Below, one piece after another: positions 50,124-60,438 of a stretch of DNA of 64,000 bases; the first letter of the stretch is position 1; every line of letters begins with the position of its first letter. The notes under the pieces are model-generated. The model had not been told where the DNA came from. It saw only the letters and a list, made by a program, of their open reading frames with translations, and searched no databases. The position numbers and the translations under genes were made by a program. The stretch is from Pyrodictiaceae archaeon (lineage in GTDB: Archaea; Thermoproteota; Thermoprotei_A; Sulfolobales; Pyrodictiaceae): positions 352,001 through 416,000 of the forward strand of contig JALVSY010000016.1 of the NCBI GenBank assembly GCA_027036135.1, given 5' to 3'.

Positions 50124-50652
50124 TTATCTTCCTGGGTGCTCTACTACGTCTATGGCTAGGGCTATTCCTATTGCCACAAATGGGTGTAGCCTTTCCTTGT
50201 CTAGCATCATTATGGTGTATGAGTCTCTTATGCTGAGCCATTTTCTCCCCGACCTCTGCCAGCACCTCGTCGCTCACATAGTCTAGTATCTCGTAGTTGT
50301 GGCACGTGAAGTCGCCTTTAACTCTGTACTTTTTCTTGTCGCTCGTGTCTTTGAACCAGTACTCGGAGCCGATGAACTTCAATACTTTCTTCTTTAGCGT
50401 GCCTCTGATAGCCCCCTGCAAGTCAATGAACGCTATGTCTCAGCGAAGGCTTAATGCTTTGCCCTCGAGTCTCTCTACGATGTTTTCCTCAGAGCCAGTA
50501 ATGGTTACCTTTGGGCCGAAGCTTAGTAGCTTCCTAGTAGCCCTGCCGAGCTCGGTTCCATCAAAGTCCTTTATGATATAGGTATCGCGGAGAGCTAATA
50601 GCTTCTGATCAATTATGTACTTATCGAGAGTGAAAATATAGGGAGTTAACAT
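50124..50652 (-). pseudogene. LURP-one/scramblase-like protein, disrupted
   Basis: QKLLALRDTYIIKD repeat pattern; in-frame TGA at 50440 and a frameshift near 50248 before KWLSIRDSY. Confidence 0.75.
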
Positions 50653-50944
50653 AGTATGTTACCCGGTGCCATTATACTACTTGTATAAGGAGCAAAATAT
50701 ATTACGTAGCATAGCTAGCCTAAGGGATTCCATTATTACCATGTGCTGTTTACGGAGCTTATCATGTAGTGCTACTCTTGTTCCTTATCCCTGGGAGGCT
50801 AAAATAATCACGTGCATCGAACCCAGCCCGTTGCTCGACATGTACATAGTATCCTAGCCCAAATGTTCTAGTAACTCTTTTAGTACTAAGGTGTCCTATT
50901 AAAGGAGGAAAAGTGAAGTACTGTATCTTGGTGGGTGTAGGAGC

Positions 50945-51127
50945 GTGAGTGTTAGCGTTGAGGAGCTTAGAAAAATAGTGAGAGAGGAGGTCAGGAGAGC
51001 CCTTCTTGAAGCCTTAATCGAGTTGCTCCCCTATGTGGACGAGGAGGAGCAAAAGGAAGTGGAGAAGCTTGCTGGCAAGCCTAGCGATTATAAGGAGGAG
51101 GATTTTGTGGAATGGAGTGGTCGGTAA
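50945..51127 (+). CDS. Putative antitoxin
   Basis: 60-aa acidic ORF overlapping the start of a RelE-like gene. Confidence 0.7.
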   Translation: MSVSVEELRKIVREEVRRALLEALIELLPYVDEEEQKEVEKLAGKPSDYKEEDFVEWSGR

Positions 51128-51393
51128 AGATACACCGTAAGGCTAATCGTTTCTTAGAAGAATTATCTATGAATGAGAGGAAAGAGTTGAGGAGAAGATA
51201 AGGGGAGCTCGTGGAGGCGCTTAGGGAAGGCGTCCTACCCTATCGCAGGCTTGATATTCGCAGACTTAGGGGTGAATGGAGGGGATTTCTCCGATTACGT
51301 GTAGGCGATATAAGAATAATATTCAAGCTTGATTTCGAGACCAAGACAGTATACATTTACCATATTCATCGCAGAGAAAGCGCCTATAAATAA
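51112..51393 (+). pseudogene. RelE/ParE toxin with in-frame stop
   Basis: MEWSVKIHRKA.. then TAA at 51199, then ..RLRVGDIRIIF..IHRRESAYK in the same frame. Confidence 0.8.
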
Positions 51394-51436
51394 CAATCCT
51401 CTACCTATTCGATAACATGAGATGAGGCTATCTGTG

Positions 51437-51892
51437 CTATTCTCCTTCTTTTAGTAGTGAGTGTATGGCTTTGTACGAGTCTATTGCTTCGTGTAGGGAT
51501 ATGAGTGTTGCGAGCAGGAGTACGGTTACTGCGACTGGGTCGTGGCCTGGGAGGATCGAGTAAGTGATGGTCGCGGCTCCCAGGAATGCTGTTAGTGCGA
51601 GGCTCCGGGGAACTAAGCGCCCATGTAGTATTAGGTAGGCCTTTAGGAAGCCTCTTCTAGGTGGTACTGCTACGTAGCCGCCCTGCTCCCTTTTCACGAG
51701 GCCTAGTTGCTCTAGTCTCTCGAGGTGGTGTCTAGCGGTGCTGGGGCTTCTGAGCCTGAGTGCTCTCTGTAGCTCCCTTACCCCCATGGGTTTACGGGAG
51801 CGTAGGAGGACGAGGTAGGCTCTAAGCGCTGTACCGCTAAGCTCTAGTAGTGGGTCGAGGCTCCTAGTCTCTAGCCTATCTTTATCCTCCAT
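51437..51892 (-). CDS. Winged-HTH regulator with C-terminal TM helices
   Basis: GVRELQRAL.L.SPSTARHHLERLEQLGLV followed by two hydrophobic segments. Confidence 0.85.
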   Translation of the reverse strand: MEDKDRLETRSLDPLLELSGTALRAYLVLLRSRKPMGVRELQRALRLRSPSTARHHLERLEQLGLVKREQGGYVAVPPRRGFLKAYLILHGRLVPRSLALTAFLGAATITYSILPGHDPVAVTVLLLATLISLHEAIDSYKAIHSLLKEGE

Positions 51893-52569
51893 GCCATGTA
51901 CACCAGCACGGCGGCAGCAATAGCGGAGCCAAGGACTACACCGAGGCGCTCGCTAGGGCTAAGCCCTGCTCCCCGCCCAGTATGCTCTGCACCAGGCATA
52001 GATACTGGTGTCGCTGTTGATGCCGAGGCACTACTATACCGTGTTTCTCGTGCCGTTGTAGCACTCTTCGTCGCTTCCGCGGTCGTCATGGTCGGGGTAA
52101 TAGTTGTCCTAGTTACCTTCGCTACCAGTCTCGTGGTCGTCGTGGCTACTTGGCTAGAGAGCCTCTGAGTAACATTATTGATACTAGTGATGATGCTCTC
52201 CTTCTCAATGGTTTTCCTCGGCGAGGCCTTGGCCTGCGCAACTATGGTAAAGCCTAGTGGCAGGTACATGGTGCCAGGGCTCTCCCCGATTATTTTTCCG
52301 AGGCACTGCGCGATACTAGCCCTGCTATACTCGGCGCCACGGGGTGCATAGATTATTACGAGGCTGGGCCCCTTAGTATGGTTAGAGGCGTAGATAGCGG
52401 CTTTAAGGGAGCCATTGCACTCAATGGTCTCTACGAGGTCTAGGTGCTTAGCAGACAAGTTCCCCGCCATATAGATAGCAACGGCTCGGTATCCTTTCTC
52501 GGCATGGGCTATTGCGTAGAGCGTGCCCAGGACTAGTAAAACAGCGACAATGACTAAGCCTCTCTGCAA
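51871..52569 (-). CDS. Secreted protein with Thr-rich linker and C-terminal anchor
   Basis: Signal peptide, Thr/Ser-rich stretch, C-terminal TM helix plus basic tail. Confidence 0.75.
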   Translation of the reverse strand: MQRGLVIVAVLLVLGTLYAIAHAEKGYRAVAIYMAGNLSAKHLDLVETIECNGSLKAAIYASNHTKGPSLVIIYAPRGAEYSRASIAQCLGKIIGESPGTMYLPLGFTIVAQAKASPRKTIEKESIITSINNVTQRLSSQVATTTTRLVAKVTRTTITPTMTTAEATKSATTARETRYSSASASTATPVSMPGAEHTGRGAGLSPSERLGVVLGSAIAAAVLVYMAWRIKIG

Positions 52570-52706
52570 AATAGTGTCGCCTCCCCAAGTACTACTAGCC
52601 AGGGACTAGGAGGCCCTATTAGTCTAGGGTATCGAACACCTCGTTCTACTCCCTTAGCTTTAGAGGAACAAGTCCCCCAGTATAGCCTGGAGAAGGTGAA
52701 ATCGTT

Positions 52707-55028
52707 ATGAGTAGTCCACAACCCCAGCTAATGGTTGCACTCGTTACCATAGTAGCGCTTGTAGCAGGGATAGTCATTGGAGGCCTCTACTTCGGGGCAC
52801 TAAGCAAACCCAGTACAATAACTGTGCAGGGAAGCAGTACCTATACTAGCACAGCTACCGCTACAGGCCAAGCACGGACCAACGCCTCCGTATCTGGTAT
52901 CACGGAGGCATCGTTGCCGGGGTTATCATTGTCCTGGAATCAGGTAGAGAAGCTAGCAAGCATACTAGGCGCAGGGAGAGAGACGCAGACACCAGTATAC
53001 GTGCCAGCTGTAACAGTTGCTACGCCTACGTTTACATTTATCCCGGCTTATGCCTCGGGGATCGCCCCCTTAAAGGGTGCCGAAACGTCGACGTCTCAGA
53101 TAGCTGAGGTACAGCAACAGCTATCCGAGCTAGTAATGCAGCCAGCAGAGGTAACGTTACCGAGCGGCGCTCGTCTCTACTATAGTGGTACTAATGTTCA
53201 GGTTAGTGGCGTGGATGAACCAGACATAGTCAAGACTAATGGAATACACATATTCATTGCTCGGGGCCAGCTGGTTGAGATATACCGTGCTTATCCCGCT
53301 AAGGAGCTAGCATTACTAAACACTATTAATATCAAGAAGATAGTTGAGGGGCTTGCTGGCAAGGAGTACTTAGCACTAGTAACTAATAACAAGACGCAAA
53401 TAATAGCGCCTATAAAGAGAAGCGTCTACATACCAGGACTCTTCACGAAAGGCGACAAAGTCATAGTAGTGGCGACTGAGACTCGTTGGCCCGGCCCACT
53501 ACAGCCAAGAACCTGGATCCTAGTCCTAGATGGTAGCGGTAAGGTGGTCCACTACGCTGTTATGGATGGCTACTTCTACGACGCGAGGCTAAGCAATGAG
53601 ACACTCGTGCTGGTAATGAGCCTGGGTAACATAGTCCGCCCAATACTCTTCCTAGGCCCCTCTAGAGCCATAGCGCCGGCACCGGTGCTCGTCGGTGCAC
53701 CCACGGTTCAGACAGTGGTCGCGAGCATAGACCTAGAGACATGGAATGCCTCAACAATCTCGCTGGTAGGTGCTACGCCCTCCTCGCTATACATGACTCC
53801 TAGCGGCGATATCTACGTAGTACTACCTGGCTCGATAGAGGAGCTACAGAAGCTGGCCTCGATGAGCCCCGAGGAGGCGGCGAAGAAGCTTAAGGAGCTA
53901 GTCATGCGCAGATACTATGAGAACTCAACAATACTGCACCTAAGAGTAAGCAAGGGCGCCGGGCTAGAACTAGTAGCAACAGGCAGTGTTCCCGGGCGTA
54001 TATGGAAGCAGTGGATGCTAGACGTGTACAACAACACCTTACGGATAGTCACGGAGAGCTGGGAGGGAGGCCTAAGAGTAAGCCTCTACATACTAGACGC
54101 CGAGACACTAAAGCCCATAGGTATGCTGAGAAACATAGCCCTCAACGAGAGAGTGTATGCAATAAGATTCATCGGTGACACCTTGTACCTCGTGACCTAT
54201 CGCAGCATCGACCCCTTGTTCGCGATAGATCTAAGCAACCCAGCCAAGCCGCGAGTAATAGGCTACGTGAAGTCACCCGGCTTTGACGAATACCTACACC
54301 CCGTTACGAAGAACTTGCTGATAGGCGTGGGGCGAGAAAAGGGATGGGTAAGACTAACACTCTACCAAATAATGAGTAACCGCAGCGTAGCGATAACAGA
54401 GAGGCTCTACCTAAAGGGCTACACGTGGAGCCCAGTACTAGATACTAGGAGAGGACACAGAGCCTTCACTCTAGACCCGCTACACGGCTACATACTGATA
54501 CCAGTGAGGATATGGAGATGCTACTCGGCACAGGAAGGCATAGCAGTGGTAAAACTATACACAAAGAAGCCCGACATAAGACTAGTAAGAGTTCTCCCGC
54601 ACAGGTACCCTGACCGCGCACTATTCATAAACGATACAATATACAGTGTCTCTTCTACAAACCCCGTTGAGAGAGTAAAAGCCTTCAACGCGAAGACGCT
54701 GAAGGAGATAGCCTCAGCGCCAAAGCCCCTAGCAGCGACAATAGCACAGATAACAAGTAACCCAGAGAACTTCCAAGACAAGGCAGTAATTATCAGGGGC
54801 AAGTCGCTGCTCTGGAAAGGCCTAGACTACGCACCACCCGTCTCGAAGAGCGACTGGGTACTCGACGACAGCACGGGCAGAATATACGTGGCAGCTTACT
54901 CGCCATACCAGTGCAAAGGCACAGCACCCCCCGAGGGAGCAGAGGTAGAGGTAGTAGGGATAGTGAAGATGAGCTGGACAAAGCACCCCTACATAGTACC
55001 AGTCGAGGTAAAAATAGTCAGGAAGTAA
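52707..55028 (+). CDS. Secreted beta-propeller domain protein with C-terminal OB-like domain
   Basis: TNVQVSGVDEPDIVKT, ERVYAIRF, YLVTY..IDPLF.IDL, PGFDEYLHP; tail with DDSTGRI.V. Confidence 0.88.
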   Translation: MSSPQPQLMVALVTIVALVAGIVIGGLYFGALSKPSTITVQGSSTYTSTATATGQARTNASVSGITEASLPGLSLSWNQVEKLASILGAGRETQTPVYVPAVTVATPTFTFIPAYASGIAPLKGAETSTSQIAEVQQQLSELVMQPAEVTLPSGARLYYSGTNVQVSGVDEPDIVKTNGIHIFIARGQLVEIYRAYPAKELALLNTINIKKIVEGLAGKEYLALVTNNKTQIIAPIKRSVYIPGLFTKGDKVIVVATETRWPGPLQPRTWILVLDGSGKVVHYAVMDGYFYDARLSNETLVLVMSLGNIVRPILFLGPSRAIAPAPVLVGAPTVQTVVASIDLETWNASTISLVGATPSSLYMTPSGDIYVVLPGSIEELQKLASMSPEEAAKKLKELVMRRYYENSTILHLRVSKGAGLELVATGSVPGRIWKQWMLDVYNNTLRIVTESWEGGLRVSLYILDAETLKPIGMLRNIALNERVYAIRFIGDTLYLVTYRSIDPLFAIDLSNPAKPRVIGYVKSPGFDEYLHPVTKNLLIGVGREKGWVRLTLYQIMSNRSVAITERLYLKGYTWSPVLDTRRGHRAFTLDPLHGYILIPVRIWRCYSAQEGIAVVKLYTKKPDIRLVRVLPHRYPDRALFINDTIYSVSSTNPVERVKAFNAKTLKEIASAPKPLAATIAQITSNPENFQDKAVIIRGKSLLWKGLDYAPPVSKSDWVLDDSTGRIYVAAYSPYQCKGTAPPEGAEVEVVGIVKMSWTKHPYIVPVEVKIVRK

Positions 55029-55099
55029 GCCCGGTAAGAAACGCTCCCTTAGTTATTTTCACGGATAAGCCCTTTTTCAGCGGAGATGGTGATACGTTC

Positions 55100-55507
55100 T
55101 TACTCCTTTTTCTGGCCAAGCTCCTCCCTTAGTCTGGCAAGGAACTCTTCCCGGTCAACAATAGCCCTCTCGTGCACACCGTGCCCTATCTTCTTGCCAT
55201 TCCACCACGCTTCTACCCAGAACAAGAGCCTCCTGCCATCAACGCTTAGGAGCTCTGCACGCACCTCCACCTCGGCCCCAATTGGAGCAGCCCTCAGATG
55301 CCTCACATCAACACCTATCCCAACCGTGGTCTTTCCCTCTGGCAGGTACTTCTGCGCGAGCTCCAGCGCAGTAGACTCCATGAAGAGTATCATGGAGGGA
55401 GTAGAGAGGACAGCGACATCTCCAGAACCTAGGTGGCTAGCAGCATGCTCCTCCCTAACCACAAACCTCTTTGTGTGAGCCAGTCCCTTCACGAGCCCAG
55501 AAGCCAT
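55100..55507 (-). CDS. FlK-like hotdog thioesterase
   Basis: VLSTPSMI..ME, TVG..V.VRHL...P, G.HER motifs. Confidence 0.9.
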   Translation of the reverse strand: MASGLVKGLAHTKRFVVREEHAASHLGSGDVAVLSTPSMILFMESTALELAQKYLPEGKTTVGIGVDVRHLRAAPIGAEVEVRAELLSVDGRRLLFWVEAWWNGKKIGHGVHERAIVDREEFLARLREELGQKKE

Positions 55508-55577
55508 GGCTCTGCAACCCCCGTCTTATCCGGGGAAACCATGTACTAGTATTGCCGGTAGGGCTATACAAGGCCAA

Positions 55578-55640
55578 TGTCGCTGATAATCAGCCTCGTT
55601 TTCTCCTCATCTAGGGGGAGAAATAAGGCTCTTCAGCGAG
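55578..55640 (-). ncRNA. Candidate structured RNA (C/D-like boxes in a long hairpin)
   Basis: Stems TCGCTGA/TCAGCGA, AGCCT/AGGCT, TTCTCC/GGAGAA; minus strand carries CTGAAGA, ATGAGGA and CTGA. Confidence 0.4.
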
Positions 55641-55761
55641 GAGATAATAGGGTTAGCATGGGAGGCCCCGCTGACAGGGCCGAGGAGGGCCCATTTTCCG
55701 GGGAGGAGGCGGGGCCGGGATCTTCTCGCCCCATCATTGTCTTCGAGGAGATGGTGGAGCG

Positions 55762-56160
55762 GTGGAGGGCTTGGATGGCTACGAGGCTGGTTTGCGTGCC
55801 TATGCAGTGTTGCTTATACTGGGGGGGAGTGCCGAGGAGGCGTTGAGGCGGTTATCCGAGTACTATGGTGTTCCTGCTCCGCGCCTAAGGGTTGGGCTGC
55901 CTAAGAGGCATGCCCGTGCACTTGGGTGCTACGAGCCGGGGCGTAGGCTGATATGTTTGCGTAGCTCCCGTGAGTACCGTGACCCCTTCGTGGTTCTTCA
56001 CGAGTTTTATCATCACTTGCGTAGCGCTAGGGCAGAGTTCGCTGGGAGCGAGAAAAGCGCCGACAACTATGCTCTTAGCTCGATAAGGCTTTGTCTCCAC
56101 ATATATGGCGAGGAGTGTAGAAAAGCCCTTCGTGAGGCTAGGGAGCTAGGCCTTGTATAG
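55762..56160 (+). CDS. Small zinc-metalloprotease-like (HExxH) protein
   Basis: LGCY..I.L...VVLHEFYHH...E..AD pattern. Confidence 0.7.
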   Translation: MEGLDGYEAGLRAYAVLLILGGSAEEALRRLSEYYGVPAPRLRVGLPKRHARALGCYEPGRRLICLRSSREYRDPFVVLHEFYHHLRSARAEFAGSEKSADNYALSSIRLCLHIYGEECRKALREARELGLV

Positions 56161-57186
56161 CCAGCACGCTACCCAGTGATTAGTCTCCACCTCTACTAGT
56201 GGCGGCTCTTCTCTCCGGCAGCGATCAAAGGCCTTGGGGCATCTTGGGTGGAATCTGCATCCGGGCGGCGGGTTTATCGGGCTCGGTGGCTCGCCTATAA
56301 CCTTTATCGCTGGCTTCCTCTTGGCCAGCTCTGGGTCTGGTATCGGTATCGAGGCTAGCAGCATCTGTGCATATGGGTGGAGTGGTTTCTCGAATACCTC
56401 CTCGGCTGGGCCTAGCTCAACTATCTTGCCGACGTACATCACGGCTATGTAGTCGCTCATATACCTTACAACGCCTAGGTCGTGGCTTATGAATAGGTAT
56501 GTGAGGTTCCTTGAGCGCTGTAGCTCCTTGAGCAGGTTCAGTATTTGCGCCTGCACTGATACATCGAGAGCAGAGGTTGGCTCATCTAGTACGAGGAACT
56601 CTGGGTTAACAGCTAGTGCCCTAGCGATTGCTATTCTCTGTCTCTGCCCGCCACTAAACTCGTGAGGATACCTATAAACATGTGTCTCGTTGAGCCCTAC
56701 CTCCTCGAGCAGCTTCACTATGTAGGAGTAGGGGTCGTCGGGGACCATGTGGTGTACCTTTAGGGCCTCCATTATTATGTCGTAGACTGTTTGTCTCGGG
56801 TCAAGGCTGCCATAGGGGTCCTGAAACACCATCTGAGCCTTCTTGCGGAACTCCTTGAGCCTCTTGCCACGGAGCTTTGTTATATCCCGGCCCTCGAAGT
56901 ATATCTTGCCCCCAGTTGGCTCAATGAGCTTTAACAATAATCGTCCAACAGTTGTCTTACCGCTACCACTCTCCCCGACCAAGCCCAGCGTCTTACCCTT
57001 CGGAATCATAAACGATACGTCATCAACAGCCCTCACGTAGCCAACTACACGGAATATACCTCTCACCGGGAAGTACTTCTTAAGATGATAAGCGATTACT
57101 AGGGGCTCCTCGCCCGGGAAGAGCCTGCTAAGCGCATTAGCGGCCTCCATGTATTCCCCACTATACTGTTCCGAGACGAGAGCCAA
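56146..57186 (-). CDS. oppF: Oligopeptide ABC ATPase
   Basis: GESGSGKTT, FSGGQRQR, DEPTSALD, PPGCRFHPRC. Confidence 0.93.
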   Translation of the reverse strand: MALVSEQYSGEYMEAANALSRLFPGEEPLVIAYHLKKYFPVRGIFRVVGYVRAVDDVSFMIPKGKTLGLVGESGSGKTTVGRLLLKLIEPTGGKIYFEGRDITKLRGKRLKEFRKKAQMVFQDPYGSLDPRQTVYDIIMEALKVHHMVPDDPYSYIVKLLEEVGLNETHVYRYPHEFSGGQRQRIAIARALAVNPEFLVLDEPTSALDVSVQAQILNLLKELQRSRNLTYLFISHDLGVVRYMSDYIAVMYVGKIVELGPAEEVFEKPLHPYAQMLLASIPIPDPELAKRKPAIKVIGEPPSPINPPPGCRFHPRCPKAFDRCRREEPPLVEVETNHWVACWLYKA

Positions 57187-57205
57187 GGGCCTAGTTCACC
57201 CCCTA

Positions 57206-58225
57206 TTACCCAGGTAAGCTCGCTTTCCCGGTATACAGGTGGCATGCTACGCGGTGGCTCTCGTTGACCCATATCTCGGGTGGTCTCTCTTCCCTACAGA
57301 TATCCATGGCGTGTGGACATCTTGGGTGGAATCTGCATCCGGGCGGCGGGTATATCAGATTAGGCACCGTTCCCGGTATCGACTCGAGCTTATCCATTCT
57401 CCTCAACGGATTAGGCACTGCTCTCAACAATAGCCTCGTGTACGGGTGTAATGGGTTCTTGAATAGCTCCTCTGTCGGTGCCTCCTCAACAATTGTTCCC
57501 GCGTACATTACTGCTACTCTGTCACACATCTCAGCGACGAGGCCCATGTTATGGGTTATCAATAGTATGGTGAGTCCTTCCTCCTTCTTGAGCTTGCGCA
57601 GTAGCTCCATTATCTGTGCCTGCACAGTAGCGTCAAGGGCGGTTGTGGGCTCATCGGCTATTACTAGCTTCGGGTTATTCGCAAGAGCAGTAGCTATCAC
57701 CGCTCTCTGCTTCATACCGCCACTGAGCTCGTGCGGGTAGGCCTTTACGCGTCTCTCTGGGTCTGGGATGAGGGTTTTCCGGAGCAACTCCACAGCATGT
57801 GGTATGCCTTCCTTGATCCTCCTAATCCTGCCGTGTACCAGCATTGTCTCGGCTATCTGGTAGCCAATAGTGTAGAGTGGGTCAAGAGCTGTGCCGGGGT
57901 CCTGGAAGATATATGTTATCTCGTTGCCGCGTATCTTCTTAACCTCTTCCTCGCTAAGCGCTAGGATATCGATACGCCTACTCGGCTCAGGGTAATAGTA
58001 GACCTTGCCCTTCTCGATCCTACCTGGTGGAAGTATTAGCTTAGTAAGGGCGCGTGATGTGACGGACTTGCCGCATCCCGTCTCGCCCACGAGGCAATAG
58101 GTTTCGCCGCGCTCGATGCAGAAGCTAACACCCTCAATAGCACGTACCACGCCAGCATATGTGTAGAAATATACATAGAGATCGTGCACCTCTATTATTG
58201 GGTCATTACAGCGTAGCTCAGTCAT
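57206..58225 (-). CDS. oppD: Oligopeptide ABC ATPase
   Basis: GETGCGKS, LSGGMKQR, ADEPTTALD. Confidence 0.93.
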   Translation of the reverse strand: MTELRCNDPIIEVHDLYVYFYTYAGVVRAIEGVSFCIERGETYCLVGETGCGKSVTSRALTKLILPPGRIEKGKVYYYPEPSRRIDILALSEEEVKKIRGNEITYIFQDPGTALDPLYTIGYQIAETMLVHGRIRRIKEGIPHAVELLRKTLIPDPERRVKAYPHELSGGMKQRAVIATALANNPKLVIADEPTTALDATVQAQIMELLRKLKKEEGLTILLITHNMGLVAEMCDRVAVMYAGTIVEEAPTEELFKNPLHPYTRLLLRAVPNPLRRMDKLESIPGTVPNLIYPPPGCRFHPRCPHAMDICREERPPEIWVNESHRVACHLYTGKASLPG

Positions 58226-58237
58226 GGCCCCGTCCCC

Positions 58238-59416
58238 CTAGGCCTCTTGCGCCTCCTCCTTGGCCACGATTTTCTTCACCTTGAACTCTATGCTCCTCCT
58301 AGTCCTCGGATCAAATGCGTCTCTCAATGCATCGCCGAGAAGGTTGAACCCGAAGACTGTCAAGAATATGAAGAGAGTTGGAAATGCTACTAGCCACCAT
58401 GCATATGGGAAATACTGGGAGCCATCGTAGATTATGCGGCCCCAATCAGCTAGTGGCGGTACAGCTCCAAGACCGAGAAAGCTTAAAGCAGCCTCTGTCA
58501 GTATGGCACCGCCCAAATCCATTGTTATATATGCCAGTATCGGCCCGATCATATTTGGTAGTATGTGCTTAAGCATTATGCTTAAATCTGATACTCCAAG
58601 GGCCTTAGCAGCCTCTACGTATGTATTCTCCCTCACGCTTAGCGCTGAGCCTCTGACAAGCCTAGTATACCCAGGCCACCATACAGCCCATAGCGCAATT
58701 ATGACTGATAAGAGGCTCGCCAGAGCAGGATAATCTATTCGCTTTACCGCAAATAAATAGCCTAATATCTCGGCTATTTCCATGTGGCGCTTAAACCATC
58801 CCTGGATAGCATAGGGTAATGTAGCTGATAACGCCATTGCGAGGATTAGGCCAGGAAATGCTAGGAACATGTCGGTTATCCTCATTATTACTTCGTCAAC
58901 AATGCCGCCATAGTAACCAGATATTAATCCAAGTATTATGCCTATACCAGAGCCTATGCTAACAACAAGTATTGAAACAAGAAGACTAGTCCGTGCACCA
59001 TAAAGTATTCTGCTCCATAAATCTCGTCCATAGTTATCGCTACCAAGCAAGAACTTAAACTTGCCTGGATGGACACCCATACGTATGCAATAGTCTTTAT
59101 GAGGTATGGTTATTACTGTGCCTGGAGGTGCTAGACGTGCCTTAAGATCGCATAGTACTAGCCCGGTCCTATAGCTTAGCGGAGCTAAATATGGTCCGAA
59201 AATAGCTAGAAATATAAAGAATGCAACGAGAACAGCCCCTGCTATACCGAGCGGCGACCTGTTCAGCGTATAGAACATTAGTTTCCATTCTTCTATACGT
59301 CCTCGGTTTTTGCTTTTCCATCCAGGTTTTACTTTATCCATAAATGATGCATAGGCGTCGATAATAGCATCACTTAGCTTGTCTAGGGGATTCTTTACGT
59401 AAACGTACTCCGGCAT
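58238..59416 (-). CDS. oppC: Oligopeptide ABC permease
   Basis: LGSDNYGRD, YVEAAKALG, LSFLGLG, NLLGDALRDAFDP. Confidence 0.93.
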   Translation of the reverse strand: MPEYVYVKNPLDKLSDAIIDAYASFMDKVKPGWKSKNRGRIEEWKLMFYTLNRSPLGIAGAVLVAFFIFLAIFGPYLAPLSYRTGLVLCDLKARLAPPGTVITIPHKDYCIRMGVHPGKFKFLLGSDNYGRDLWSRILYGARTSLLVSILVVSIGSGIGIILGLISGYYGGIVDEVIMRITDMFLAFPGLILAMALSATLPYAIQGWFKRHMEIAEILGYLFAVKRIDYPALASLLSVIIALWAVWWPGYTRLVRGSALSVRENTYVEAAKALGVSDLSIMLKHILPNMIGPILAYITMDLGGAILTEAALSFLGLGAVPPLADWGRIIYDGSQYFPYAWWLVAFPTLFIFLTVFGFNLLGDALRDAFDPRTRRSIEFKVKKIVAKEEAQEA

Positions 59417-59439
59417 GACAAGTCACCTGTTCAAGAACT

Positions 59440-60438
59440 TTAATACCTTACACGTGGATCTATTACACCGTAAAGTATATCTACTAGGAGATTCACCGTG
59501 ATGTATATTATTGCTACGAAGAACACGCCTGCTACCAATGTTAAATAATCAAAGTTGTAGATGGCTTGGAGTAGATAGCGTCCAAGACCCGGTAACCCGA
59601 ATATGGTCTCAATTATCGGGGCCCCTGCAAGAAGTCCACCAAACATTAAGCCAAGTATTGTTATTACTGGTGTTAATGAGTTCTTGAGAATGTGCATGTA
59701 TATTCTACGCTTAGGGAATCCTCTCGCTTCCATAAAGACAACGTACTCGCTGCTCATTGCGTCAAGGAAACTATTTCTCGTGACCCTTGTTATGACGCCT
59801 ATGCCTGCAAGGGCTAGGAGGAATGCGGGTAGCCACATCCTTTTTACGAAGATTAGGAGATAGTGGCAGTCGCATTTGAGGAGGGCATCTATTGGAGGAA
59901 TACCAGTTATCTTATATTTTGGTAAAGGCATTCCAGCGAGGGCGACTAAGCCGTGTGGCTGAAGCCAGAAAATCAAAATATAGGCTATCCCGAATATGGG
60001 CGTCGATATACCTATTAATGCAAATGCTCTTGCTACGTTATCTATCCATGTGTTCCTCTTTATGGCGGACAGTACGCCTAAGGGTATGCCTATTGCAACT
60101 ATTAATATGAACGAGAATAATGTTAATGGGAGTGTTACTTGGAGAAGTCTTGTGGTTATGGATTTCCATATGTTCGTATTTGTTACTGGGCTTATTGCTT
60201 TCCCGGACAATATGTTCTTCATAAAATAGTAGTATTGCACATACCATGGGGAATTTAAGTGGTATTCTTTTATAAGTAACTCTACGGTTTGCTTAGATGC
60301 TTTTATACCACCAGCCCATAGCTGTGCAGGATTACCGGGAATCATTACTGCTATTATAAACACTATGAATGTTGCGCCAATTAGCGTCGGAACGAAGGTC
60401 AGTAATCTTCTTATTAGGAACTTCTTCAGCTCAGCCAC
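59440..60438 (-). CDS. oppB: Oligopeptide ABC permease
   Basis: IPGNP, IETIFGLPGLG, VDILYGVIDPRVR. Confidence 0.93.
   Translation of the reverse strand: MAELKKFLIRRLLTFVPTLIGATFIVFIIAVMIPGNPAQLWAGGIKASKQTVELLIKEYHLNSPWYVQYYYFMKNILSGKAISPVTNTNIWKSITTRLLQVTLPLTLFSFILIVAIGIPLGVLSAIKRNTWIDNVARAFALIGISTPIFGIAYILIFWLQPHGLVALAGMPLPKYKITGIPPIDALLKCDCHYLLIFVKRMWLPAFLLALAGIGVITRVTRNSFLDAMSSEYVVFMEARGFPKRRIYMHILKNSLTPVITILGLMFGGLLAGAPIIETIFGLPGLGRYLLQAIYNFDYLTLVAGVFFVAIIYITVNLLVDILYGVIDPRVRY

Noticed and set aside
35445-50442. Three in-frame TGA codons (35445, 42052, 50440) suggesting recoding or selenocysteine
   Set aside because: They are not at Cys-equivalent positions, two lie in modules with other lesions, and TGA is used as a normal stop elsewhere in the window. 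Nonsense mutations explain them more simply.
47668-55507. Fluorinase-family gene plus FlK-like thioesterase as an organofluorine pathway
   Set aside because: Both families are common in archaea, the genes are about 7 kb apart, and DUF62 proteins with the FHGRD motif are SAM hydrolases.
55577-55846. 89-aa ORF or frameshifted N-terminus of the HExxH gene
   Set aside because: The gene at 55762 has its own GGTGG ribosome-binding site, and the ORF overlaps a structured intergenic element.
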